The notes below the pieces were generated by a model. That model made no database searches. It had not been told where the DNA came from and was given only the letters and a program-made list of their open reading frames with translations. 39,181 bases of DNA. Origin: a virus. Taxonomy: Duplodnaviria > Caudoviricetes. Within the stretch, counting starts at the first letter, position 1; the number at the start of each line of letters is the position of its first letter. Location: the IMG/VR virus record IMGVR_UViG_3300012352_000293, positions 1 through 39,181 of that record, one strand, 5' to 3'. Below are positions 14,597-23,341 of this stretch, in pieces. The position numbers and the translations under genes are program-made.

Positions 14597-15021
14597 GCAT
14601 ATAAGCGCGTACCCTGCTTATCAATAATCAGTGATTGCTTGCGGGGTGTTGCGCCTGCTTGGTTGGGAATGCTTATGTGTGTCCATCTGTCGAATTCTCG
14701 AATCACTTGGTCATAACCTAAGTCAGATGCAATGACCGCCTTAACAACTTGGTCAGGGGTCATCGATGGAACGCGAATATCTGCCGCGCAACCAATGCGA
14801 TGTTGTGATGTGTCTTTACTGCCCACGGCATCGTTTACGGCTTTCGACCTGAACGCACTGTTAACCATAATCGGCTTACCGCCAAGAACAGTTTTGAGTT
14901 CTTCCAAGAATTCTGCCAATCTTTGAATGTTTGCAAGTTCAGTTTCATTTGGGGTGTTGTCCAAGGTTCGGTGGTCGGTGTGTGTCAGTTCTTCTAATGT
15001 GAAGTGTGGTGTTAAATTCAT
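14593..15021 (-). CDS. Endolysin, peptidase M15A
   Basis: LTPHFTLEEL, NSAFRS..VN.AVGS..TSQH..G.AAD, WTHIS zinc-peptidase motifs. Confidence 0.92.
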   Translation of the reverse strand: MNLTPHFTLEELTHTDHRTLDNTPNETELANIQRLAEFLEELKTVLGGKPIMVNSAFRSKAVNDAVGSKDTSQHRIGCAADIRVPSMTPDQVVKAVIASDLGYDQVIREFDRWTHISIPNQAGATPRKQSLIIDKQGTRLYA

Positions 15022-15425
15022 TTTTTCACCTTATCTGCAATTTTTTCCATTGTGCGGCCACCAAAGTAAAACGACATTACCAACATTCCCCATTGGCCTA
15101 AAAGTTCAACATAAGCACCGCGGGTTTCGTATTCAAAGATGGATGCAATAGCAAACCCAGAATAGGCCACCAACAGGAATATTAGGGTCATAGGGCGAAT
15201 ATTTTTAGACATCCAAGAATCACTAGCCATGTCTGCCTGAACACGCGCTGTCAGGTTGTTTTGTTCGGTTTCGTAAAGTTTGGTTTCGTTAGCCATCTTT
15301 GCCAACTCGCCATCTTGCGCCATCTTCTGAAGTTCCAACTGCGCTTTGGCCTTGGCTTCTGGGTCGGGAATTAACTTGTCAATAAGTTTTCCACCGACAT
15401 TTATAAGTGCATCAATTCCAATCAT
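15018..15425 (-). CDS. Holin (GTA 3TM holin family)
   Basis: LIDKLIPDP...SWMSKNIRP + TM segments + FYFGGRTMEK. Confidence 0.85.
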   Translation of the reverse strand: MIGIDALINVGGKLIDKLIPDPEAKAKAQLELQKMAQDGELAKMANETKLYETEQNNLTARVQADMASDSWMSKNIRPMTLIFLLVAYSGFAIASIFEYETRGAYVELLGQWGMLVMSFYFGGRTMEKIADKVKK

Positions 15426-15709
15426 TTGCTTTCCTTTTTCGTATCTTCGTTTTGCATCAATTTAATGCCTGACAGAAAACCAATCATGCCGCCTATTAGG
15501 GTGCTGAATGCGGGCGAAATCATTTTGAAGATTTCTGCGTTGTCAACTTCTTTAGCCCACAAACCAAGAATGAAAGCGGCCACCATAGCCAACACCGAAA
15601 TGCAAAGGGTTGTGCTAACCATCAGCGTGACATAAAGCGTTAACTTTTCTTTAGTGTCAGGAACGGGGGCTTTGGGTTTTCTAATTGGCTTTTCCATGTG
15701 ACACCTCAA
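15422..15709 (-). CDS. Two-TM membrane protein of lysis module
   Basis: Two hydrophobic helices; GGMIGFLSG. Confidence 0.7.
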   Translation of the reverse strand: MRCHMEKPIRKPKAPVPDTKEKLTLYVTLMVSTTLCISVLAMVAAFILGLWAKEVDNAEIFKMISPAFSTLIGGMIGFLSGIKLMQNEDTKKESK

Positions 15710-15942
15710 ACAAAAATCTGAAATCGCCTGCGGTTCTCAAACGAACCCAAATCAATAATGTTTTGTCTTGCGCGTTTGTCGTACAGTTCAATTTCAACTT
15801 CCCTAGTTTTAAATTCTAGTTTGTTGGCGGCAACCGCATATCTGTATTCTTCTTGTACCTTTTCAACTGCCTTTTCAAAGGCCAATTGTGTGGCGGTGTG
15901 TGTGGGTTGAACAAGTGGATACCATTTGTCAAAGGTAATCAT
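15706..15942 (-). CDS. Hypothetical protein
   Basis: 78 aa, coupled within the lysis cluster. Confidence 0.65.
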   Translation of the reverse strand: MITFDKWYPLVQPTHTATQLAFEKAVEKVQEEYRYAVAANKLEFKTREVEIELYDKRARQNIIDLGSFENRRRFQIFV

Positions 15943-16223
15943 TTTTTTTCGCGTTCAACCGCCCTCGCATAGTAAAACAAAATCTTTGACCGCAGTTCGG
16001 CACTGTCAGCAACACCCGCCCACATGGGCAAGTTGTTCCATATGCCAACAAGTTCTTCCGAACTGCAATTGTTCCCGTTAGTAGTCAACCATTCAGAAAG
16101 CCTTTGATGGCGTTCTGATGGGTTGTGCAACCAACTAAGCCCATAAAAATCTGTAACTACGCAAGGGGCTTTTGCATTTGCCCAAAACATCCAACCAATG
16201 AGCAATGCAAAAAACCAACGCAT
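15939..16223 (-). CDS. Putative exported protein (N-terminal signal, two Cys)
   Basis: MRWFFALLIGWMFWANA signal-like N-terminus. Confidence 0.65.
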   Translation of the reverse strand: MRWFFALLIGWMFWANAKAPCVVTDFYGLSWLHNPSERHQRLSEWLTTNGNNCSSEELVGIWNNLPMWAGVADSAELRSKILFYYARAVEREKK

Positions 16224-16397
16224 TCATTTTGACAAGAAAGTAAAAACCATGCCTGCCATCATCAACAATAAAGCCCCTGAAGCCTTTATTAAAATACCTT
16301 CAAGTCGCTTCAATCGCGCATTGATTTGTTCATAGCGAAACGCGCAGATTTCCTCATGCGAGTTTAGCCGCGCTTCTGTTTCACTGATAGTCGCCAT
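16224..16397 (-). CDS. XhlA-like coiled-coil + C-terminal TM protein (57 aa, not in ORF track)
   Basis: MATISETEARLNSHEEICAFRYEQINARLKRLEGILIKASGALLLMMAGMVFTFLSK. Confidence 0.75.
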   Translation of the reverse strand: MATISETEARLNSHEEICAFRYEQINARLKRLEGILIKASGALLLMMAGMVFTFLSK

Positions 16398-16403
16398 TTG
16401 GAA

Positions 16404-16700
16404 TTACCAAGGTTTGCCGCTAACAGGAACAGCGTCTGGGCTTGCCATTTTTGCCAATTGAATATCAAGCGAATTTTCTATGTATTCGCTTTCGGCTTCG
16501 GATAGCGTAGACAAAATCCAACCTTTAACCATTTCTTCGGTCAGTTGTTCGTAAGCAATAAAACCTTCGCCACGCTGAAATTGCGTTGCCCTTGGATTAG
16601 TCGCTGTGTGTTCACCAACAGTTTTTGTTGCGTTCCAATAAGCACTAACAACCAAACCATCGCTTGGGTTACGAATCAAATTTACAATGCTGATTTCCAT
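16404..16700 (-). CDS. Tail-fibre-associated small protein
   Basis: FIAYEQLTEEMVKGW...GKPW pattern typical of fibre-adjacent proteins. Confidence 0.7.
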   Translation of the reverse strand: MEISIVNLIRNPSDGLVVSAYWNATKTVGEHTATNPRATQFQRGEGFIAYEQLTEEMVKGWILSTLSEAESEYIENSLDIQLAKMASPDAVPVSGKPW

Positions 16701-16709
16701 GATGTATCC

Positions 16710-16946
16710 TTATTTCATTGAATTAATAATTGCGTGTGATTCATCTTTTCTTAAATCCATGAACCCATAACAAACCAAATTCCAATCTTCTGTATTTTCC
16801 TCTTTTTCACTAAATGCCTGTACATTTACAGTGAATTTTTTTACCAAATATTCTTGGTCGTTTTCAAAGACACGCCACACATGGTCAAGTGTTCCACGCC
16901 CTGCCTGCCCTCTGCTTTTGTTAAATCTTATTCTGTATTTGTTCAT
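16710..16946 (-). CDS. Hypothetical protein
   Basis: KYRIRFNKSRGQ.GRG..DHVWRVFE; coupled to the oxygenase stop. Confidence 0.7.
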   Translation of the reverse strand: MNKYRIRFNKSRGQAGRGTLDHVWRVFENDQEYLVKKFTVNVQAFSEKEENTEDWNLVCYGFMDLRKDESHAIINSMK

Positions 16947-17593
16947 ACAACGATGGCCGCTTGTGGTTGCTGAACAGGCGCAGGCTGTGCGCCAATACCA
17001 AAGTGAATAAATTTAAAAGCATCTTCTGATGCGTGACGCGTAAATGAATGCGCCAACCAAGAATTAGTGAACATCAACATTCCCGCTTCAGGCTTAAAGA
17101 ACAACTGCGGGTTGGCTTCTGATGTGCTGTTTTGGTCGCGCATTGGCAACGCAATCTGAACCTTTGATGGCCGCGGGTCGTGAATGCAAGCCATAGAACA
17201 ATTGTCTGGTGTTTCCAAGAAATAGAACCCAACCAGTTGTGTTGGTGCGCCATGAATGTGCTGTTCCATCATTGAATGTTTGTGATGTTCTTGACACCAC
17301 ATTTCTATTAAAAATGTTTGGAATTTGTCCATGTCATAGCCTTGGCTGTTTAAAACATTCCAACCAGTGCCAACAACCATCTGCATAAATCCTGTCAGGC
17401 GAGAATCGTTTAATAAATTCTCAGACATATGCACAGGATAAATTTCATCTAGTTGCCTAGTGCTTTTTACCTTGTTTAAATTCTCATTTGACACAGTTTT
17501 TACAACATCTAAAAACTCAGGTTTCTTGATGATGTAAACCCCTGTGCCAAAATAAAATTGCGGTTCTATAACATCTTGTTTTGTCGTTTCCAT
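16943..17593 (-). CDS. 2OG-Fe(II) oxygenase (TIGR02466-like)
   Basis: MEQHIHG...GFYFL...DPRP...PEAGMLMF..SWLAHSF; ATG 17593 after AGAGGA. Confidence 0.85.
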   Translation of the reverse strand: METTKQDVIEPQFYFGTGVYIIKKPEFLDVVKTVSNENLNKVKSTRQLDEIYPVHMSENLLNDSRLTGFMQMVVGTGWNVLNSQGYDMDKFQTFLIEMWCQEHHKHSMMEQHIHGAPTQLVGFYFLETPDNCSMACIHDPRPSKVQIALPMRDQNSTSEANPQLFFKPEAGMLMFTNSWLAHSFTRHASEDAFKFIHFGIGAQPAPVQQPQAAIVV

Positions 17594-17619
17594 ATTTTCC
17601 TCTTGTAAAAAATTGTATT

Positions 17620-20600
17620 TTAATAAAATGTAATTTCTCTTGAATATTGGCAATAGTAAAGTTGCTTCGGCCCTTGATATTCTCTAATCGGCCCAATGCT
17701 AGTTGAAAAATTGTTCGATGTATATGTATATGGCCCAATAGCAATTGATGAACTAGTACTCATCCCCGTATTTGCACCAACACCAATTGCAACGCTTTGA
17801 TTGTCTCTAGTAATTGAACAAGCGCCAATAGAAACAGATTGACCACCACCACCAGTACACGATCTAACTTTTGCGTTGTATCCAATTGCAATTGACTTTG
17901 CAGACATATCGTATCCGCAAATTGCGCCCGCTTGTGTACCAATAGCAATTGAATATTGTTTTTGATTTGAGCCACCAGAACATTTGCCAATAGCAATTGC
18001 ATTGCAACTTTGGCTGTTTTGTCCTGCGTAGTACCCAATTGCAATTGAATATTGTGATTGACCTGAGTACCCCGCACAAGTTCCAATCGCAACAGCATCA
18101 GATTGTTGACTGCATCTACCCGATCTATAACCAACGGCAATTGAGTTGTTAGATTGGTAATTTTTTCCTGATTCATAACCAACTGAAACTGAATTCATAC
18201 CAGTTGGGGAACAAGCGTGCGCTTGGTAGCCTAATGCAACAGTTCCACAAGTTCCAGTTTTTCCGTAAACAATACCTTCAGTTGTTGGCGTTGCAGGGCC
18301 GACACCACCACCAGACACACTCAAAATTTCTTTGGTAAATGAACAGTAGTAAACAGATTTGTAATTAGTGCAAACGCTTGGTGCTTGTCGCATTTTAATG
18401 TGCGTTTGTTGTGGGCTATTTGCATTGACATATGAACCAATTGCAATTGAACAATAATTGGATGCGCTTGCACTTTGACCAATAGCAACTGCACTACATC
18501 CTGCGCTTGAACAAAAGCCAACACTAACTGCGCCTGTACCACCGCTGTATCTGTTTGCATTAGTACCAATATTGACAGAGTTCCAAGGGGCGTTATTTTC
18601 GCCCGCGTATTTACCAATGCTTACAGAAGAATTCCCTGCGTTTGAGTATCCTGCGCTGTAACCAATATTGACAGTGTTTCCATTTGCACCATTCTGACCC
18701 GCCCCATAACCAAGTGATGTGTTTGGGTTGCAACTACTACTGTTTGTTTGTCCGTAAACAAAACCTAATGTTGTTGGCGTTGCATAAGCACACAAAGTGG
18801 CGACAAGTTCACGGCTTCCTGCGTTGTAAAAAAGTGGTGATAACCCAGATATGCAAGGAGTTGACCTAATTGGCCCAATGTGAGTTTGATTGCTTCCACT
18901 TGTGCTTGTACTCGCACCAATAGCAATTGAATTGCTGTGGCAACTTTGAACGCTTGTGCAAGCGCCAATAGCAACTGAGTATGACGCTTGTTGAAAGAAA
19001 TTGCCGCTATTTCCCGAACGCATACCAATAGCAACTGCGGCATACCCTTGACCGCCTGATGAGATAGAGCATTTGCCAATAGAAACACCACTGCTACCCG
19101 CATTTGAGTTGTAGCCCAAACCAGTAGCCCCATTACATCCCGAAGTTGTATAGCCGTAAACGATACCCGCAGATGTAGAAGTCGCGCAAGAAACACTACT
19201 TCCAGATGGTGGCGACCATGTAGGCGCACCGCATCCCGCAGTCAAAACATAGTTTGATGGAACACCACATTTTGAAATGAATGATGTGCTTGATGAACCA
19301 TTTTGATATGGGATAGCGTTGCTAGAACCACCACTAATATTTGAAGCAGTACCCGCAGAATTTGCATAATTTGCAGTACAAGCAGAACCCGCAGAATTCG
19401 CATAGTTTGCAGAACAAGCCGTAGTAGCACTAGCCGCAGAACCCGTTGTATTTTGGTTCAATGTAGGAATATCAGAAGCAACAAGCGCCCTGAACGATGG
19501 AACGCCATTTGCGGCATTAGGTGCGGCCAAAACGAATTTGGCAGTCTTAGACGCATACGGGTTTAAAGTATCGCCATAGTTGGCAGACAAACTAATTGTT
19601 GGGGCTGTGCCACCAGAAGATGCAACAGGCGAAGTTGCTGTTACGCCCGTGACTGTTCCAGTACCCGCGCCAATGGCAGTTCTAAAATCAGCGGCATTTA
19701 AAGATGAAACTGTGTTATCAGCGTTCATCCTTGGGAATGTGATTGCGCTTGGATTTGTTAGCGTAAAAAAGTTTGCGCCAACAGTTGTCGCGCCCAAACC
19801 AGTTCTGGCCGCAGAAGCACTTGTTGCACCAGTTCCACCATTTGCAATTGCGAGAGTTCCCGCCAGAGTAATCGTGCCTGATGTTGTGATTGGGCTACCA
19901 GTAACAGTTAATCCAGTTGTGCCGCCAGAAAAAGCAACAGATGTAACAGTGCCGCTACCGCCTGATGGCGTTGCCCAAGTACCATCACCGCGCCAAAATG
20001 TTGTAGCAGAAGCATTTGTTCCGCTGTTCAATCTTGTGGTCGGTAAATTTGCGCTTAGTGATGCGGCTGAACCAGTTGTGTTTTGATTCAACACAGGAAT
20101 ATCAGCGGCAACAACTGCCCTAAATGTAGGTGCGCCCGCACTTCCATTTGGTGCGGCTAAAAAATAATTTGCAGTTTTAGATGCGAATGGGTTTTTCGTA
20201 TCGCCATAGCCATCATTCAAACTAATTGCAGGCGTTGTGCCGCCACTAGATGCCACGGGCGCAGTGCCAGTTACAGATGTAACTGTGCCGCTGTTTGTTG
20301 CCGCAATCGTGATTGAACCCGCGCCATTAGTTACGCTGATTCCAGAACCCGCAGTGATGTTTGCGTTTTTCCAAACACTTGTGCTTGCATCATAAATTAA
20401 GGTGTTGCCACTAGCCGCAGATGTAATTTGAACATTGTGCAGTTCGTCAAGTTCATAGCCGTTATCAATTTTGATATAGAAAGAACCAACAGTTGCACTA
20501 ACGCGTTCAACCCAACCCAAAATCACTGTATGGTTTGGCGCAGTAGGTTTTGTTGTGGTGTAAGCACCCGCAGTTGTTGGTGACAAATAAAGTGTTGCGC

Positions 20601-21345
20601 CCGCAGTCAATCCATTTGTATTTAATTTATACAAAGAACCCGAAACCTGAACCCAACCTTCAGCACCATTTGCAATCGATTCAGCAACAAAGCCAATTGT
20701 TCCCGCAGATGTTGAATCAGAAGTTGCCAACGCCAAGCGAACATCAACACGATTGCCCTGTGCGCCAACAATGTAAACAACTTGACCTTTGGTCATGGCC
20801 GCACCACTGCCGTTATAAACACGCGCAAATTCTTGCTGTCCGTATTTATAAGAAACATTGCCGCCTTTTAAACCCAACTCCAAAGTGCCGTTGCCATCAT
20901 CCCATGCTTCCATACCCGCAACAATTGTTGGCGGTGTAGTCACCAAGTTAAATTGCTCAGACAAAACGCCAGACACATTGCCGTTGTCATCAACAGTAAC
21001 CAATGAGTTCTGAATAAGTTTGCCAGTAGTTCCATCAAACCTTGCAACAGCGTTATCAGTTGCGCTAGATGGGCCTGCAACATCGCCTGCGCCCCCGCCA
21101 GTGCCATTGACCCATTTACTTGTTGCAGAATCATAAACAAGCGCCTGCGCGTTTACAGGGCTTGTTATGTTTACATCACCAAGGCCAGTTAAATTGCCTG
21201 CACCAACTTGAACAACCGCAGACCCATTGTTTATGTAGGTCTTTTTGTCGGCCATGTTTACGCCCAATTCGCCAGATGCCAAATCAGATGTAGTTGGAAC
21301 TTTGCCCACTGTGCTTGAACGCTTGGGCTTGATGATATTAGCCAT
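17620..21345 (-). CDS. Long tail fibre / receptor-binding protein with YadA-like SxAIG repeats
   Basis: 1241 aa; N-terminal KRSSTVGKVP...GELGVN anchor; G/S/T/A-rich shaft; C-terminal SIAIG beta-roll repeats. Confidence 0.88.
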   Translation of the reverse strand: MANIIKPKRSSTVGKVPTTSDLASGELGVNMADKKTYINNGSAVVQVGAGNLTGLGDVNITSPVNAQALVYDSATSKWVNGTGGGAGDVAGPSSATDNAVARFDGTTGKLIQNSLVTVDDNGNVSGVLSEQFNLVTTPPTIVAGMEAWDDGNGTLELGLKGGNVSYKYGQQEFARVYNGSGAAMTKGQVVYIVGAQGNRVDVRLALATSDSTSAGTIGFVAESIANGAEGWVQVSGSLYKLNTNGLTAGATLYLSPTTAGAYTTTKPTAPNHTVILGWVERVSATVGSFYIKIDNGYELDELHNVQITSAASGNTLIYDASTSVWKNANITAGSGISVTNGAGSITIAATNSGTVTSVTGTAPVASSGGTTPAISLNDGYGDTKNPFASKTANYFLAAPNGSAGAPTFRAVVAADIPVLNQNTTGSAASLSANLPTTRLNSGTNASATTFWRGDGTWATPSGGSGTVTSVAFSGGTTGLTVTGSPITTSGTITLAGTLAIANGGTGATSASAARTGLGATTVGANFFTLTNPSAITFPRMNADNTVSSLNAADFRTAIGAGTGTVTGVTATSPVASSGGTAPTISLSANYGDTLNPYASKTAKFVLAAPNAANGVPSFRALVASDIPTLNQNTTGSAASATTACSANYANSAGSACTANYANSAGTASNISGGSSNAIPYQNGSSSTSFISKCGVPSNYVLTAGCGAPTWSPPSGSSVSCATSTSAGIVYGYTTSGCNGATGLGYNSNAGSSGVSIGKCSISSGGQGYAAVAIGMRSGNSGNFFQQASYSVAIGACTSVQSCHSNSIAIGASTSTSGSNQTHIGPIRSTPCISGLSPLFYNAGSRELVATLCAYATPTTLGFVYGQTNSSSCNPNTSLGYGAGQNGANGNTVNIGYSAGYSNAGNSSVSIGKYAGENNAPWNSVNIGTNANRYSGGTGAVSVGFCSSAGCSAVAIGQSASASNYCSIAIGSYVNANSPQQTHIKMRQAPSVCTNYKSVYYCSFTKEILSVSGGGVGPATPTTEGIVYGKTGTCGTVALGYQAHACSPTGMNSVSVGYESGKNYQSNNSIAVGYRSGRCSQQSDAVAIGTCAGYSGQSQYSIAIGYYAGQNSQSCNAIAIGKCSGGSNQKQYSIAIGTQAGAICGYDMSAKSIAIGYNAKVRSCTGGGGQSVSIGACSITRDNQSVAIGVGANTGMSTSSSIAIGPYTYTSNNFSTSIGPIREYQGPKQLYYCQYSREITFY

Positions 21346-21387
21346 GTGGCTTCCCTTTCTTTGCTATTTAGCAGGGTGAAAATTTAT

Positions 21388-22497
21388 TTAGAATGTGCCG
21401 CCATCAACATTGATTTCTACTGTACTTGCCGCAGTCAGTTGGCCTTGTGCGTTAACAGTAAATGAAGCAAACGATGTGCCGCCTGCAACACCATACGAAC
21501 CCGCGGTTACGGCAGTGTTGGTGATGCTAAAAGATTGACCCGTTAAAGTCAAACCAGTTCCCGCTGTGTATGTGCCCGCACCACTGAATTGCGACCATGT
21601 GACAGGCGTAGTGCCAAGCGTACCGCCTGCGTTAACAGTACAAACCCAACCAGTGTCAGCAAGCGTTGTGCCAGTTTCAATGAATGTGTAGGCAGAAACC
21701 AGTTCTGTCCATGTGTTTGCGTCTGCTGAACGCGCCCATGCGGTTGCGCTTGCAACATAAATGCCGTTGTCTGCCGCGGCTGTTTGGTTCTTAACCAACA
21801 CGCGGTCGCCTGCGGTCAATGCAGAAGCCCAATCCCCGCCTGCTTGCGTAGCCAAACCAGATAAGGTGATGTTGGCAGTTGTAGAAGCAAAAACAGAAGC
21901 CTTTACATCTAAGCCTTGCGCGATTCCATCAACATAGTTTTTGGTCGCGGCATCTTGTGCATTTACAGGGTCAAGAACATTTGTTAACAATTGGCTGTTC
22001 ATGCTGAACGAACCAGTTGGGCTTGACAAATCAGACAGGCTTGCCTGTGAACCCGCTGTTGCCAAACCTTTGGCGTTGATAGTTACTTTGGTGTAAGTGC
22101 CAATGTTTGAATTGACAGTTGCCAAAGTACCCGTGCCAGTCACATTGCCTGTGCCATCAAATGAACCTGAGATATAAGACAAATCACCAGTAATTGCAAT
22201 TGTGCGGCCAGTAGCCAACGCAGTGGCTGTGCCTGCATTTCCAGTTACAGAACCAGAAATTGCATTGCTGAAAGTCTTAGTGCCACCAACTGTTTGGTTG
22301 CTAGAAGTATCAACAAAAGCACCATTGCCCGCAATTGGGATGATTGATGTGGCACTGCCGCCTGCACCACCCGTTCCCGTGCCGTAGTACAGAATATTCG
22401 TTTGTTCGTTAAATGCTAACTCAGCATTTGCCAAACTTGTTGGTGCGCCTGCACCGCCACCATTTGCCCTGCGTTTGATGCGAATTGTATTACTCAT
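21388..22497 (-). CDS. Tail fibre protein
   Basis: Related N-terminal anchor (IRIKRR...LANAELAFNE), DAATKNYVD, GDRVLVKNQT...NGIY motifs, C-terminal DGGTF. Confidence 0.85.
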   Translation of the reverse strand: MSNTIRIKRRANGGGAGAPTSLANAELAFNEQTNILYYGTGTGGAGGSATSIIPIAGNGAFVDTSSNQTVGGTKTFSNAISGSVTGNAGTATALATGRTIAITGDLSYISGSFDGTGNVTGTGTLATVNSNIGTYTKVTINAKGLATAGSQASLSDLSSPTGSFSMNSQLLTNVLDPVNAQDAATKNYVDGIAQGLDVKASVFASTTANITLSGLATQAGGDWASALTAGDRVLVKNQTAAADNGIYVASATAWARSADANTWTELVSAYTFIETGTTLADTGWVCTVNAGGTLGTTPVTWSQFSGAGTYTAGTGLTLTGQSFSITNTAVTAGSYGVAGGTSFASFTVNAQGQLTAASTVEINVDGGTF

Positions 22498-22506
22498 TTT
22501 GATTCC

Positions 22507-22758
22507 TTAAAAGTTTCCGCCATCGGTGATTTCAACTTGGGGTACATTGACCCATTCCCCTTCAAACCACATTAGCGCATCGTAATTCTGTGCGCCTGCA
22601 ATTACTACGGGGTAGCCGCCAATATCGTTTGTCGCAGGCCCTGCGGGGCCTTGTGGCCCAACAATCCCACGATTCAATTGAATGATGTTGTTAGGTGTAG
22701 GAATAACATTTGCAATAATGTTATTAGAGTCTTGAACGCTAACGCTGATTCTTGCCAT
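22507..22758 (-). CDS. Small tail-fibre adaptor with short collagen triplets
   Basis: GIVGPQGPAGP; C-terminal DGGNF. Confidence 0.7.
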   Translation of the reverse strand: MARISVSVQDSNNIIANVIPTPNNIIQLNRGIVGPQGPAGPATNDIGGYPVVIAGAQNYDALMWFEGEWVNVPQVEITDGGNF

Positions 22759-22759
22759 G

Positions 22760-23248
22760 TTAGACCACCACAATTCCGTCAGAACGAACTAGGAATAACA
22801 AAAAGATGATTGAATCATCTTGCGGGTTGGTAGCATTTGCGGGAAAACCAATTTTGATTCGACCTGAAAAACCAACGCAATCAACCGCGTTAATATCTAG
22901 TTCAGGGTCAGAGTTAATTAAACTCCAAGTTGTGTCATCAATAACAAGCGTGAAGAAACCAGTTGCATTGTTTCTGTTGGCAATTGTCATTGTTACAGGC
23001 GTTGGCGCAGGGGTGTAATTGGCTATATCAAAAGATAAGCCGTTGCGCGTGTCCTGAATATTTGTAACAGACCTACGAACAATTTGTGCATCAATTGTTG
23101 CGCCTGTTAAATCAATTGGGGTCGTGCCATCTGCGGCAGTCATTGTTAAATTCCAGTATGTCTTTTGTTGCCATACTAGTTCGCCCGCAATAATTTCATT
23201 GTCAAAACCGCTAACTTGTAGTAGCGTGTTTTTATTAAAAATAGCCAT
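22760..23248 (-). CDS. BppU-like baseplate / fibre anchor protein
   Basis: TPIDLTGATIDAQI motif; ATG 23248. Confidence 0.65.
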   Translation of the reverse strand: MAIFNKNTLLQVSGFDNEIIAGELVWQQKTYWNLTMTAADGTTPIDLTGATIDAQIVRRSVTNIQDTRNGLSFDIANYTPAPTPVTMTIANRNNATGFFTLVIDDTTWSLINSDPELDINAVDCVGFSGRIKIGFPANATNPQDDSIIFLLFLVRSDGIVVV

Positions 23249-23252
23249 ACTC

Positions 23253-23307
23253 GATTTCCCTGCACTCAGGTTGTGACGCACCCCGCGCACTTGCAGGGAG
23301 ACGAATC
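23253..23307 (-). ncRNA. Candidate structured leader sequestering the RBS of 22760..23248
   Basis: TCCCTGCA (23257-23264) / TGCAGGGA (23292-23299) stem with inner hairpin. Confidence 0.4.
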
Positions 23308-23341
23308 TTGTTATGTCTTTTTTATATTATCGCATTATTTT

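Noticed and set aside
17620-21345. Diversity-generating retroelement or invertible tail-fibre switch
   Set aside because: No reverse transcriptase or invertase ORF; internal repeats are diverged protein-level duplications, not an adenine-specific TR/VR pair.
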